From the human T2T-CHM13v2.0 reference genome, Homo sapiens, in assembly GCF_009914755.1 (NCBI RefSeq), contig NC_060926.1: a stretch of DNA of 64,000 nucleotides; one strand, 5' to 3'. Shown here piece after piece: positions 48,325 to 62,657 of this stretch. Each line of letters opens with the position of its first letter. Within the stretch, counting starts at the first letter, position 1. The position numbers and the translations under genes are program-made. The notes beneath the pieces were generated by a model, which saw only the letters and a program-made list of their open reading frames with translations, searched no databases and was not told where the DNA came from.

Positions 48325-50005
48325 ATTTTATGTATTTTTTAATACCATCTTACAGGACTGTGGTGTGGTGTTGAGTAAAACATAGTTTGACAATGTTGCT
48401 TTTTAGGACAATTGTAGATATGCTATAAACTGTTAATTAACAAGTATGTGTGAACAAAGAAACCAGTGTTTTGAGATGGATGTGTAGTGCTGTGTTCCTG
48501 AGGTTGATAGACAAAGGGTACACTTTTTTTTTTTAAGCTGTACTTTTTAGAGTCAAATGCAGTAAAACACCTCAGAGTTGCCTTGCTTCTGCATTGAACT
48601 TCTCAGGAAATCCCTTATGTTACAAATGCTCTGTAGTCCAGAGAAGTCAATGCGTATTTTACATATAAGAAACTAAAATAATTATTAGTTCTAGAGACAA
48701 ATAGCATGGAAAGTAAGGTCAGACAATCTTCATGTTTTTTTTTTAAATAACATTGTTTATTTATTTATATGAAAAACTTACATTTATTTATATGAAAAAT
48801 AAAGCTGAAAATTTGAGTATTCCAAAACAATTTAATCTGATCTTTGTAAGTGCTTTAATCTGATCTTTATAAGCACTTTATATAGTTAATCTCAATGAAT
48901 TCATCTTAGAGTAAACTTGCATTTAACTTTATTTCAAGTTGTCATAAAAGTTCAGACAACCATCACTGGACCTACAGATTGAGTGATTATTATAGTGGGG
49001 ATGTCCTTGGGTTAGTAAGCCTAAAGGAAGTAATTTCTGTTAAAGGAGATGTTAGTGGCCATTTGCATCTTAATGTCAATCTTATCAGATGTTCCCAGAC
49101 TACAAACTGGGTGGGTCATATCTCTTAGCATTTCAACTGGTATTTCTCAGAGCAACTAGTGGCTCATGTTCCAAATATAGAAGGCATTTGCATAACATCA
49201 ATGTTAGACCTGGGCTTGTTAGACTCTTGGGCTCATGTATACAAAAGCAACCACCCTAAACCTTTAGTATAATCTTTGTTTTTCTGCTACCATGTTAAAC
49301 TTTGAAATAATCAGTTTTACTTGGCTGCCTCCCTTTATATTTTGATGGAGTAGTTGGATCTTCCAAATTATGTTTAGTATTTATCATATTTTTTAAATGT
49401 TCTGCTTAATTAGGTATTCTTTATTTTTTTAAATATATGTTTTGGAAATCCACTGAGACTTAGGGTTCTTCTTCTGAGTTCTTTAAAGTCTTGAATTATT
49501 AATGCTGTTTTCCATGAAAACCACACTTTAGAACATTTGTATATCAGCTACCTAAATAATTAATGATAAAGAGAAGCTTTGCTGCCAGACTCTACTACTG
49601 TCCTTTAAAAAAGAGATATTTATTAGAATATTTTGTGGCTTGCTAGATACTCCTTTTTTATCACATTTATATCTTATTTATAGTTATATACCCTGTTTTT
49701 TATATTTGTATACACACACATATATATGTATTATGTATAAAATTTGGTTTTTACTTTTGAAAAAAGAATCCAGCATGTTTTTGGTGTGTGTTGAAAAAGA
49801 TTCCAATTAATGGTTATTAGGGAGAAAGCTTGATGTTGTACTAATTATGTTGCTTGAGTCTGTGAAAGATTAAATTTTTTTTTTGCCAGTTATCTTTTTC
49901 TCTGAGTAAATTTATGTTTATTATGATAATAGTAAATTAGAGCTGCATGATTCTACTTGACATATGGATTATGCTAATTTTTTTTTTTTTTTCCAAAATT
50001 TCTAG

Positions 50006-50049
50006 ATGAAGCGTTCTGTCAGCCACCCTGGTTCTTGCAGTTCAGAGAG
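50006..50049 (+). CDS. PLEKHA3: PLEKHA3 exon 6 (44 nt)
   Basis: Long poly(T) tract, tctag|ATG AAG CGT TCT GTC AGC CAC CCT ... AG|gtaaaa; needed to keep phase between exons 5 and 7. Confidence 0.9.
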
Positions 50050-50317
50050 GTAAAAGAACCTTTTCTTCTGACTAAGTTCTCTCAAATTATATCCATCTAG
50101 GGAAGTTCTTTGGGCCTTTAACAAGTGGTGTGGAATGTAAACTCTGTATGGGTTAGGTCTGGTTCAAAACCAGCATTTTATCTCTCAGTATTTATCTCCT
50201 AGTATTTAGTATAAGGGCCTGGCCTCAGTAGGTAGTCAGTAAAGAAAAAAATGAATGAATTAACCAGCAAGGTAAGCACGTTGCCAGCCATTTTACCTTT
50301 TTTAGATGTTTGAAATG

Positions 50318-50659
50318 CAGTCATATATTGAAGAATGACTTTTCCATCAATGATAGACTGCATATGTGACAGTGGCCTCATAAGATTATAATACCATATT
50401 TTTACTGTACTTTTTCCATGTTTAGGTATGTTTAGATACACAAATACCATTGTTACAGTCACCCACAACATTCAGTACAGTAACATGCAGTAGAAGTTTG
50501 TAGCCTAAGAACAATAGGCTATACCACATAGCCTACATGTGTAGTAGGCTATACTAGCTAGTTTTGTGTAAGCACGCTCTGTGATGTTTGCACAGTGACA
50601 GAATCACCTAGCGATGGATTTCTCAGAATGCATCCTTGTCATTAAGAGACGCATGACTG
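50318..50659. mobile_element. Tigger3a/MER7-like DNA transposon
   Basis: Terminal inverted repeats cagtcat...atgactg; internal gcctaagaacaataggctataccac. Confidence 0.82.
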
Positions 50660-51855
50660 TATATCAAGTGATGGTTAGACAGAAGTACATTTTTGATGTG
50701 TTGAGACTCCACAGCTAGGGCTCATTTTACCTCAGCTGTTTATAGCATCATCTATTCATGCTGAGCTGTTGTTTCATTAAGAGAGAAAGATCTTGCTGAA
50801 GAGAGAAAACCACTTGATATTTTAAAGTACATATTCATATCAATACGTTTAAAAATTTTACCTTCTGGATAGATCTTACCAAAATGCTAAGTTGTTAAAC
50901 TATTATTTTGTTAGGTAATAGTCCTTTAAGTTGCTATGGTTGTCTTATTTAGTTCTTTGGAAAGTGATTTAATTATAGTGACATTGGCATTTATTTCTCT
51001 ATATTTGGACTGTTAAATGCTGTTTTGTCATGTTTTAATTTTTTCCCCTGATGATTGTATAATCTTTGATTAAACTGTCAAATACTCAGAGGAATCCAAT
51101 GATGTATATATCCAACCTTGTCAGGGAATCAAGAGTCCCACCAACTGAATTTTCCAGAAAAATGGAAGCTTAATCAATTTTTGACCAACTTTTATTTTTA
51201 TGAAAGAAATTTTTCTATCCTTTCTACCTCATAAAATAATAATTTTAAAATCTTATTTGTTTCCTGATGAATCAAGGTTGTCATTAAGTACAGTAAAGTT
51301 GGGCTGTTACAAAAATAGTAGCTGAGATGCTGTTAGGTGGTGGTGATTTGCTTCTCTGTTTAAATTTTTCAGACAGATTTTTAAAAGAGTTTTTCTAGGC
51401 CCCTTTTTGCCATCTTTATCTTCTCTTGCTGTTGTCAGTGAGTCTACCTCTAGCTCTATGAACTCCTTGCCCATCTCTTTCAGTCTGCTGGTTTTGATCA
51501 GATATGGATTGACTTAAAATACATGCATTCATGAAACCTATGACTTCTAGTTTTCAAACATTTGTAAACCGACTGATATGTCTGCTCTCTGGAGTCTCCC
51601 CTACAGAAGTCACTACTTCTTCATTGTACCCCTCTTCCTTTTAGTTCAGCTCAGAAGCCATATTCTCCAGGTTACCAGCTGTCTTCTAAATGGGTTCACT
51701 TGTTTTTGACTTCTGAGTAGAATGTTGCTAACACGGGACGTTGAGCATAAAAATAATTCTTTTTTCACTTAAAGAGAAGTCATTTAAAATTCCAGTTGAG
51801 TGTGTTTTTGTTTATGTAAGGCCTTACAATTTAATGCTTTTTACTTAATTTGCAG

Positions 51856-51971
51856 GAGTAGCCACTCTATAAAAGAACCAGTATCTACACTTCACCGACT
51901 CTCCCAGCGACGCCGAAGAACCTACTCAGATACAGATTCTTGTAGTGATATTCCTCTTGAAGACCCAGATA
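51856..51971 (+). CDS. PLEKHA3: PLEKHA3 exon 7
   Basis: tgcag|G AGT AGC; [38 protein letters not shown]; A|gtaagt; 116 nt. Confidence 0.93.
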
Positions 51972-53587
51972 GTAAGTGACATAGATTCTGTCTCTTTCTT
52001 TGGCATATTCAGCAAAATTACTGTGGGGCTCTGTAATTTCTGGAAATGAAGTATACTGACTGAACATTGTACTTTGTTTCTTTGATTCCTTAATTCAGAG
52101 GTAAGCAAACAGCGCTCAATCAATGAAAGCTCATATATCCCCTTACAAACAGGTTTGTTACTAACTAAGGAGTGCTGAGGATTGCTTTGTAAATATCGTA
52201 TCTCAGATATATATTTATAGAATATCATGATCTTTTACCACCACTAGGACTTAAAAAACATTTTAGAAGAAGGCATGAATTGTTAGCAGGATTCTAGGGG
52301 AAAATAAAGGCAAGTTCCAAGTTCATATAAAAGTCAGCATTGTTACTTTACTAAAATACCTAGAAATGGCTAAGGAAAAGAATTTTGTCTGGTAGTCACA
52401 GTGAATTATAGTAGCATTCATTCCTCTACCTTTTTCTTCCTTATTAAAGAGGCAGCATACTGTGATTGAATGTTTTTAGGAAAGGTTTTGTGATTTATGT
52501 TAAAATTTTTAAATTTTTCTCTTCAGAGAAGAAGCTTTGAAAGTGTGTCAGAATATCTAGTAAGATAGTAGTGACCATGATTTGCAGTGAACACAAATAT
52601 AGTCTTATTATTACATCTCCATTAATAGACTTATACTCTCCAAGTCTCTACTATTTCTCAGGAAGCATGTGGGATAGAAACTATGTACAATTTCCAATTA
52701 AGGAACAGGTCGTGTTCCAATAGTTAGTTCATTTGTAAGTCAGTTGTTTGGAAAACAGATTTTATTTTTCTTGTGGAAATGACATGATAAGTGGTGGTTA
52801 GCTCTTTGGATAGCTAACCATTCTTTGGAAGAGCCCAGTGAATTCATAGTATGGCTGAAATGGGACAAAACAATGGTGTATTTCTAGCATTTGAGTGTAT
52901 TGAAAACACTGATTAAGCTGGAGTTGTTTTATGTAACCAGAAAGTTAAACAGGTTTAGTTCATACATATGGCAATTTTAAAAAGGATTGCTGGTCATTTT
53001 TGGATTTTTAGGAGTTGATAGAATCTTTTTTTTTTTTTAATGCCCACTTTTTTTTTAAACTGAATTAATCATCTATTTATTAATATATGGCACTATTCTA
53101 TGCTCATTAACATTTTGAATTTAAATTGAGATGTGGGTGGAGAAATGAAGGAAAGAAACCGGGAAGGGGAAGGGAGAAAGAAACTTTCTTGGGCCAATCA
53201 AGCAAGACCTGGAAGAGAAGAGGAGGAGAGGAGGAGGGTTAAAGAGGTTGAGTATGTGAAAAAAGTTATCTGAGGCAGGTAAGATAGACTCTGATTCTCT
53301 TTATTCTTTATGCCTTTTACACATGACTCTTAATCCAGAGTTCATGAAGGAGTTCTGTATGCTACCTTGTAGTTTTAAGTGCGACATCTTTTTTTTTTTT
53401 TAAGGGGATCATTTGTGATTACTAAAATAATTTTTTTAAAGCCATCCATTTTTCTTTAGAATTCTTTTCTTCTAGTTACTCTAGTCCTGAATATTTGAAA
53501 ACAATTTTCAAAAGATCTAGGTGTACATGCTCTATTATATTTAGCATCCCCCAGTTTAACTGTTATGGACTGTAACAAAACTAGTCT

Positions 53588-53632
53588 CACACACACACAC
53601 ACGCACGCACACACACACACGCGCATATATAT
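53588..53632. repeat. (CA)n/(CG)/(TA) compound microsatellite
   Basis: cacacacacacacacgcacgcacacacacacacgcgcatatatat. Confidence 0.85.
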
Positions 53633-54554
53633 AGTTCACTTCTCTAGAACATCTTTAAATTAGCAAGTATAGACTAGGTCAGAAATTTTATCCTTAGATT
53701 TTTTCCTGTTTATACTAGTTTAGTGTTTCAATTAGCTGACAAAGCAAAGATTGAATTAGTGCTCTTTCCAGAAAGTATATATTTTGCAATTGGCAGTCTT
53801 AGTTGAAAGTTGTTACTCAAAAATATTCTTCTTGTGAGATGCAACTGCTTCTATTTTCTTTAACAAGCTTTTTCAAAAAGTATGAAAGTAATAAATGATG
53901 ATGGTAAACTCAAACTATATATATAAAGGTACAACTGCCTTAGAACAGGACTATGCCAGTGTAGTCAGCTGTGTTAACATGGAGTTGCAGTGATAGTTCT
54001 GTGAGCTGCATTACAAATGGAGAAATGGGATCTTTCAGTATGAGGTACCTTGTCAGCTTTGCTCAGAAAGTCTTAGAATGAAAAGAGGAATACCTGAATT
54101 TAGTCCTCGTTCTGTTACCAATTGTGTGATCTTGGGTAAGGCATGTATCCTTTTATGGGTCTTGGTTTCTTTGCCTAGGAACAAGGAGGATATTAACAGC
54201 ATTAAAATAGGCTGAAAAAGCAATAGTTAATTAATAAAGATTAAATTCAATTCAGCAAATATTTATTGACTACCTATTATGTGCCAACCATGATTCTAGC
54301 AGTGAACAAAACAAAAATCTCTACTTCAGGCAATTTCATCATTTATCTTATGAATTCTGATGTTTCTCCTTGTGGCTGTTGATACTCTAGTCTAAAAGTT
54401 AAGTTTTCCTGCATGAAACAAACAAGGAAATACAAAATTAGCCAGAAGCTAAAGGAATTTCATGTCCCTGAACAGGAAATTTAAAATGTTCTTTCACAGA
54501 GGACTGGAGTTAATATTGACAGGATGTTTAACGTTTTTATCAATGTCTTCATAG

Positions 54555-54682
54555 GACCTGTTCACTGTTCAAAAAATACACTTAATGGAGATTTGGCATC
54601 AGCAACCATTCCTGAAGAAAGCAGACTTATGGCCAAAAAACAATCTGAATCAGAAGATACTCTTCCATCCTTCTCTTCCTGA
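54555..54682 (+). CDS. PLEKHA3: PLEKHA3 last coding exon
   Basis: catag|GA CCT GTT ... TTC TCT TCC TGA; the eight exons sum to 903 nt = 300 aa + stop. Confidence 0.94.
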
Positions 54683-55464
54683 AGAAACTGAAGTGTCCAA
54701 CTTCCTCTAAGTATTGCTATGCAAAAGCTGCTGTAATTAAACTATTGTTATAGGGAGTAGTTTTTTCCCTTAGGACTCTGCACTTTATAGAATGTTGTAA
54801 AACAGACAAACAAGAAAACAAACCACATACTTTTGAAGTGTATTTTATCTTTATATAGTTTGTTTGCAAGAGTATTTTCCTAATAACTTCACAGTATGAA
54901 TGTGCATCTTTTTTTTTTGAACAAATGATGGTGTAACATTTTGACATCCATAAGGACAAATGTAGATATTTTTCTTAAAAACTCTGAGGGGACTGACAGC
55001 ATGGTCAGGGTGTATTGTAGCTTATAAACATGAAATCTTATAAGGTTTCCGTTTGACAGAAGTGTGATATATGTAACTTGTGCCATGGACCAAATGGTCA
55101 CTTTACCACAGCTAAAAATGAGTTACGATAGCAGCTTGATGGTGATTGTATTGTATTCCTTTAATCAAAAAGGAAACACAATATTCTAAGTATCTTTAGC
55201 CCAAATACCATGACATATTGAGCATCTTTAAATAACCAGACTGTATTGTCCTTCATATGTGAAGTTGACACTACTGATTTGTCAATACCAAATTTTGGGT
55301 TAAAGTGTTTAATTTTTATGTATTTATTTTCTTGTTGCCTCAAAAGATGATTGCATTCTAACTTTTGTGACCTACCAAATTTAAGATGTGTATACGTTGT
55401 TCTTTACGTTGTTCTAGAAAAGAGATTTTAATGCTGTAGTGACTTTGCTCACTTACACTAGAGA

Positions 55465-55830
55465 AATAAACAACTTTCAATGGAAGAGAATTTTAGTGCT
55501 TTTTTTTTCCTAAAATAGATATTAAGCTGCTGTTGTAAAGTATTGTTTGCAGCTCTTTCCAATATCTAGAGACATTTTTATTTATGAATATTTATACAAA
55601 AAGGAATTCTGTCAAGATGACTGCTCTATATCACTTGAGAATGGCATTATTTAATTAAAGAACAAATAGCATTTTTTGGTAGTGCCTGTCCATACCTATT
55701 GTCATTGTTTGCCTTGTAATCTGTTTTTTTGAATTCATTTTGGGCTGATAGTTTTGTTTAAGGTTTTGGATAAGGAGCACTTTAAAACAAACTGGTGTGT
55801 TGTTTTTAAGTTAATCATATGTTTAATAAA
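55465..55830 (+). terminator. Candidate PLEKHA3 proximal poly(A) signals
   Basis: AATAAA at 55465-55470 and 55825-55830 in an AU-rich, repeat-free 3'UTR. Confidence 0.55.
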
Positions 55831-58450
55831 TGCGTGGTTTTTGCATTCAAACACATCATATAATACATTGTATTTTTTACATTCATTGATATTCTGTCTA
55901 ATCTTTATTAGGCACTAATATAATTCTAATGGATTTGAGTTTGTTTGTATATTTAGGCCTGCTGGTGAAGACACAAATGAAGCATAATTTTTGTTGCCTG
56001 TGAGCTTAGAATGGTGTGACCTATTTCATTTTATTTCAATTTATCTTGTAAGTTTATGTGGGATATTTTAAAATAATTAATATTTGGTATTTGTTTAAAA
56101 AACTGTAATTATAGGCCTTCCATCTTAAGTTTAAGATGGACATAAACAGTCTATACATTAATATGTGTTTGGGTAAACTGTATGCTACTTGAAGTGTTTG
56201 TAATTTTAAATAACACACAGGTCATCAGACTACTCTATATTCAGTGGAGTCTTTGCCTGCTCATAAGTTGTACTTCATATGTCTAATTTGAAAAAAAAAG
56301 TTTGATAATGTAGTAAGTTATGACGTTGAGCAGGTAATCAGGTTTTTCTTGTTTTTTTTTTTTTTTTAAATTTTGTAGTAAGAACTTGCACAGTATTAAG
56401 ACCATGAAGGTCAGGGTGCTATTGATTGGGAGTTTTTTCTGGTAGTGAGTTTTTTTGCAGTAATAGGTTTATAAGGAAAACACCGTAACAAGCTTTTGAA
56501 CTTATAGAAAATAATCACATCCATTTTCTATTGCTTTACCCAAATAGATGGGTTCGTGAAGAGTTTTCTGTGAATATTTTAAAAATACAATGCAATTATT
56601 TCTGGTTTGTATCATTTTTTCCCCCTTAAAACAGGTCCTTGAACAGGTTTGCGGTATCCCTAAGTATGTCTTTTGTTATGACTTGGAGCCACTTTTTGTT
56701 GTTATTGTTAGGAACCAAACACATCTGTGAAATCATTTTTTTTGTGGGAGTATAAATATATCTTGAATTATATCCAGGTTTTGATCAGTGAATTAGTAGC
56801 ATGAAGAAACCTATAAAGCTTAAGGGAACCTTGCATTTTGAGGAGTCCTTTATTTTCAAGTGTGCCTGACTTTTTTGAATTTTAAGAAAAAGATGAACCA
56901 TATAACAATTCTGTAAGAATTTTAGCTTGTCAAGTTGTTCTATACTTTATAGAAAAATTATTGGTTATTATTAGTTATTAGTAGTCCCTTTTTTTTGCTT
57001 TGTCTAGGTCATGGGGTTATTGAGAAACATGAAAAGTTATTGAGAAATTTGGAGGTTCTCTTGGCAGCCTATCAGTGATCTTCTAAGCAAAAGCAGTGCT
57101 TGTTTTTCATTTCAAGTGCTTGCTCACTATTCTTTGGGAATCGCAGGCCTCCATGACTAAAGGGATTTTGATACAATTCTTTTATAAATGAGCTGAATTT
57201 GAATTTTCTTACATCATATGGGATTATTGCATGATCTTCAGTCAGGAAAAATCCAGAAATGGATGCTATTGCTTAAACTTAAATTCCAAGGCAGAAGATA
57301 GAGTATCTTCATTTCCACAGATGCCCTAGAACCTTTGACCTTGAATTGTAGTTTTTCAGTATGTATTATCACATTTAGAAATGTAAAAATCACAAGATCT
57401 CAGGAAATGCGCCCTTGTGATATGTTAATACCAGATTGCTGTTTACACTAATTCCATATACATGATAATACCACTAATTTGGACTCTGCTAGTTCTTTTA
57501 TTTAATAAGGCACCTCTAGGTCTGTACTTTGAGCCTTGATCTGGGTACTTGGTACAGAGGGAGTGTCCTGGCCTGAAAGAAAGCCAGATTAGGCTGCAGG
57601 AGTTCCTTTGAGGAGGTCTGTCTTTTAATAACCCTGGCGGGTAAATGAATGGTAGGTAGCTGGTAGGTAGGCCTTCTTGTTCATGTCTTTCTGTCTCCCC
57701 AATCCACTCTTTGAATTCATGTTGAATTCTTAACTTGAAATTCTGTTGTTTTTTTTTTAATTTTAGCTTTCTTTTTATTAAACTAGTTAATGTACATAGT
57801 TTGAAAAAATCAAATAGAACTAAAAGGTTTATAGTGAAAAAGTGTAGTTCCCTCTTCCCCAGTTTAGCATTCCAAAGACAAACACTTGGAACTCTTAGTG
57901 GTTTGTGTTAGTATTTACCTTCCTGTTTGAAAATGTTATACTACTTTTTGTTGACTTATCAATTTCAGAAACAGTTTCTCGAATACCTTTTATGGTAGAC
58001 AGGATTTACTTTACTTAAACTCTCCACCTCCCACATTTTTCTTCCCCCACCCCTCCCAAAATAGATTTATATTCACACAACTTTTAGTTAGAACAAACTT
58101 TTTGTGAAATAGATAGACATAAATGTAGTTCACTGATGTACCACATGGTTAACTATCATTATTTCCTTTTTACTAGAATGTTATTTTTTCTGGGGTTGGT
58201 ATTGCCTGATTTTCAAATTTGCTTAGTTTTTAATGTACCTGTCACAATGACTATCCAAAGGCTTAAATGCTGAAAAACATCAGATAATCGTATCAATTCT
58301 CTTAAAAAAGTTTTTAAAAATATTTTGTCATCCTTTAGGGACATTTCTTCCACAGTCCTTCATCTTCTGCCATTTGTACTGTTGCCCTCCAGGCCTGTTC
58401 TATGGTTCAGCAGTCATTCTGAAACTCCCTTTAGTTTTTAGTCTCACATT

Positions 58451-58453
<3 letters not shown>

Positions 58454-58493
<40 letters not shown>
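58454..58493. repeat. poly(T) run of about 40 nt
   Basis: Directly visible. Confidence 0.9.
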
Positions 58494-58494
<1 letters not shown>

Positions 58495-58847
58495 GCAAAG
58501 CTCCTCCACCAGTAACTTCCTAAGAAAAGGTGCATAGAAAGTAAAGATTTTAAGGCTTTACAGGTCTGAAAATGTCTCTACTCTTGATTGGTAGTTTGGA
58601 GTCTGGAAAATAACATGCCTTCAGAATTTTAAGGGCAACATTTCATTGTCTTAAGGCATTTAGTTTTTCTGTGAGAATTCTGATACCGTTCCTTTACCTG
58701 GGATCTGTTTTTACACTCTGTAAGCTTTTAGGAACTTCTCATTACTTCTGATGTTTCATAATAATATGTGGGTCTTTATTCATTCATCTTGATGGCTACT
58801 TGACTTGGTGGAATCTTTCAATTTAGAGATTTGTCTGCTTCAGTTCT

Positions 58848-58849
<2 letters not shown>

Positions 58850-58882
<33 letters not shown>
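58850..58882. repeat. (TG)16 microsatellite
   Basis: Directly visible. Confidence 0.92.
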
Positions 58883-58883
<1 letters not shown>

Positions 58884-60270
58884 TCTTTTTGACAGTTTTC
58901 TCTCTTCCATTTTCTTTGTTCTATCTTTCTAGAATTTCTGTTATTTGAATGTTGGACCTCCCAGAGTTGGACCGCCTCTAAATTTAAAAAGCTTTTTCTC
59001 TCTAGTTGTTCCTTAAGTTATATTATCTTTGTTCTTTTTGTTATCCTCCAGCTCTTCTGTTGAATTTTCTTTATATATATATTTTAATTTCTAAGAGGTC
59101 TTTTTTTTCTGTTTCATTTCATAAAAACCTATTTTTATTTTATAGATTAACTGTTTCCCCATATCTCCCTGAGGATAAAATTAAGATTTTTTTCTTACAT
59201 CTTTCCTGTTTCTTGAATGGTTCTCCCCCTCCCCCACCATGTTTCTGCTTTCTATTTATTTGTTTTGGGCTCTTTCATTCTGAAGCCTTTCTTAGAAATC
59301 ATCTATTCATATTAGTCATGTATTAAAAAGCTAATGTCATAGGTCTTTATATGTGGGCAGGGTTTATAAGTTGTCTAAAGGGCCATCAGGTAGAGTTGGC
59401 CTTTTCTGTTGAGGTCCCCTAAATTTCAGTGGAGGTCTTCTCTTTGGGGCCAGTTTCTCTAGAAAACTGGGTCCTGATAGTAGGGTAAGAAAAGACAGCT
59501 GAGGACCCCAAGATTTGTATGATGACTTTTACTTAATCCCTCTATCTTCATCCTCTCTCATGCCCATCCGGCCCCACCCCCCAAATCCTCCTCTGGCTGC
59601 TGACCCTCAGGTTCAGTTTTTCCTGTCAGTGGAGGTTGAGGGTGGGGCGTAGGCTGGCTGTGGAGAGTAGGGGAGAGGACCTGGGTTCCAGTTGCTCTTT
59701 ATACAGACTTCTAGTCCTGATTTCAGCCCTATACCTCACTCTCATCTTCTACAATACCTAGTGCTTCCAAGTCCTGAACTTAGTAGAGGTTTGGTGGGGT
59801 GTGTTTTTGGGCTTCTCCCTTTTGGGTACTTAGGCTTTAACTTCCTCCACTCTGCTAGGTTAGGTATTGCACTTCCTCCTGGTTTTTATCTGTATAAACT
59901 TTGTTAAAATCTCATGGCTTTGTCGTCTGTGCTTTTTTGTGGATTAATACTATTTATATTCCTTTAATATCTTTTGGTGGTTTGGAGGTAGAGGAAATAA
60001 ATTCATGTGGTTGGTTTGTATGTTTCACTGAAAGTCTAGATTTAAATTCTAATAGTGTATAAAAAATAAAAATTCTTTAGTATTAATTTGTAATTCATTC
60101 TAGTGATTTTTAATTCATATGGTTTTACTGTACTACCTACCTCATAGGGTTGTGAGGATTAGAAGAATCAATTCATAAAAAGCAGTTAGAAAAGTGCTGG
60201 GCACGTAGTGTGTTGAATAAGTGTTAGTTATTAATATTGTTTACTATCATTATTATTATTACTACTATCA

Positions 60271-60968
60271 GTTTTTTTTTTTTTTTCTGAGACAGGGTCT
60301 CACTCTTTCACCCAGTCTTGAGTATAGTGGAGTGATCTCAGCTCACTGCAGTCTCGACCTCCCAGGCTCAAATGATCCTTTTACCTCAGCCTCCCGAATA
60401 ACTAGGACTACAGGCATGCACCACTACTCCTGGCTAATTTTTGTATTTTTTTGTAGCAGCAGGGTTTTGCCATGCTGTTCAGACTGATCTCAAACTCCTG
60501 GGCTCAAGGGATCTGCCTGCCTTGACTTTCCAAAATTCTCGGATTACAGGCATGAGCCACACTGCACTCTCCTATCTCTCTCAATTCAGTAACCTGTTTA
60601 TTCTTGAGTGAAAATGTTTCACCATAGGAAGAATTACTAATATATGGGAAAATCTAGTGTTTGATAATGTTGACCCTACATTTTTTTTGGACAGTCTCTG
60701 TCGCCCAGGCCGGAGTGCAGTGGCGCGATCTTGGCTCACTGCAACTTCCACTTCCTGGGTTCAAGCAATTCTCTTGTCTCAGCCTCCTAGGCTACAGGCT
60801 AGGACTACAGGTGCTCGCCACCATGCCCAGCTAATTTTTGTATTTTTAATAGAGATGGGGTTTCATCATATTAGTCAGGCTGGTCTTGAACTCCTGACCT
60901 CAGGTCATCTACCTGCCTTGGCCTCCCAAAGTGTCGGGATTACAGATGTGAGCCACCGTGCCCAGCCG
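60271..60968 (-). mobile_element. Two antisense Alus (~60271-60570, ~60680-60968)
   Basis: Alu consensus similarity. Confidence 0.88.
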
Positions 60969-61259
60969 ACCCTGCATTTAACTAGACTTCATATGAAATG
61001 TTCAGGTGTTAGGTGTTATCTTTCTAAGAAACATTCAAGCCTTAAGAAATCCAATCAGTTATAGTTACTTTAAAAGTTTTAAAAAGAGTATAACAATTTT
61101 GATGTGCTTTTAAGCTTTATTGGTATTATATTTTGTTTTTATCATATAAATATGAAGTATAGGAGATAAGATAATGCAGATGATGTTTGTTATGCCTTAC
61201 CTACCGCCAGTAGATGTAATACTCTTAATACATGGAGTACAGAAATAGTAGATTCCCTT

Positions 61260-61540
61260 CATTCCCAGTGCAACAGTGTTGGGAGGTGGGGCCTACCAGG
61301 AGGTGTTTAGGTCATGTGGGTACCACCCTCATGAATAGATTAATGCCGCCGTGTAAAGGGCTTGTGGGCGTGGGTGAACACTCTCCTGCTCTTCTGCCAA
61401 ATGTCTCTCCCTTCCAAAGGACGTAGTGCTCTACATAGTGTTGGAAGCGAGAGACTGAGCCCTAACATGCCAGTGCCTTATCTTGGATTTCTCAGCCTCC
61501 AAAACTGTGAAAAAATAAATTTTCATTCTTTATGGTAAAT
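61260..61540. mobile_element. Partial MaLR (MST-like) LTR
   Basis: caacagtgttgggaggtggggcct...ctcagcctccaaaactgtgaaaaaataaattt. Confidence 0.72.
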
Positions 61541-62166
61541 TCCCATCACTGTATCCATAACCTCTTGTAAATAGTTGTACACCTTTCAGAAAATGTTGTG
61601 GACTTACATAAGCAAAATGCCTGCATTTATTTCATAGGTAAAATTTTAATCTATTTTCTAATCAAAGTGTTTTGGGGAACATTTAATTTAAATACTATGT
61701 TCAATTTTTTTAATGGTCTGCTTCAGATTTTTTTTATAAGTTAATGTTTTAAAACAAAATAATTGTGTTCTAGGTAGAAGCTACTCTGAGTTTAGGTTTT
61801 TAAATCTCTTTCAGATATTTTAAGTATCTTTTTTGTGTCTGGATTCAGAGAGGTATGATAATGAGATTCTCTTCTAGAGGGGAAGTGGGAGTAGGTAACC
61901 ATACTACTCTTTCTACGGCTACAGAGCCGCATACTCGAAGGAGGGAGATTTTTATTTGTAAGGACATTTGTATTATCTTTCATTAAAGTAGAGTCCCATG
62001 GGCGTGGCAAATGGCTGTAAATAAAGTAAAAGTGGCTAAAGAAAACAGTGCCTGCTATTAGCTTGATGCTGGCATTTTCTTCTTTCCCTGGATGTGACTG
62101 TTATTGTCTTTATTGGGTCCCCTTATTATCTGCTTTGATATCCATCTCTGGAACTTTGATCTCTAA

Positions 62167-62465
62167 TTTTTTTTTTTTTTTTTTTGAGACAGAGTCTCAC
62201 TCTGTAGCCCAAGTTAGAGTGCAGTGACACGATCTTGGCTCACTGCAACCTCCACCTCCGGGGCTCAAGCAATTCTCGTGACTCAACATCCCAAATAGCT
62301 GGGACTGTAGGCACGCACCACCATGCCCAGCTGATGTTTTGTATTTTTACAAAAATTTTTCACCATGTTGGCCAGGGTGGTCTCAAACTCCTAAGCTCAG
62401 GAGATCCGCCTGCCTCAGCCTTTGAAAGTGCTGGGATTACAGGCGGGAGCCACCGTGCCCGACCT
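62167..62465 (-). mobile_element. Alu whose left arm is tandemly duplicated
   Basis: Antisense dimer. Confidence 0.88.
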
Positions 62466-62657
62466 GACCTCTCCATCTTTGGCGTCCTTATGCTGCCTCT
62501 TCTCCAAATACATGTTGGCCAGGGTGGTCTCAAACTCCTAAGCTCAGGAGATCCGCCTGCCTCAGCCTCTGAAAGTGCTGGGATTACAGGCGGGAGCCAC
62601 CGTGCCTGACCTGACCTCTCCATCTTTGGCGTCCTTATGCTGCCTCTTCTCCAAATA
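62364..62657. repeat. 147-bp tandem duplication
   Basis: 62364-62510 versus 62511-62657, two mismatches seen. Confidence 0.95.

Noticed and set aside
48760-48880. Two ~23 bp tandem duplications in PLEKHA3 intron 5
   Set aside because: Ordinary slippage products with no spacer structure.
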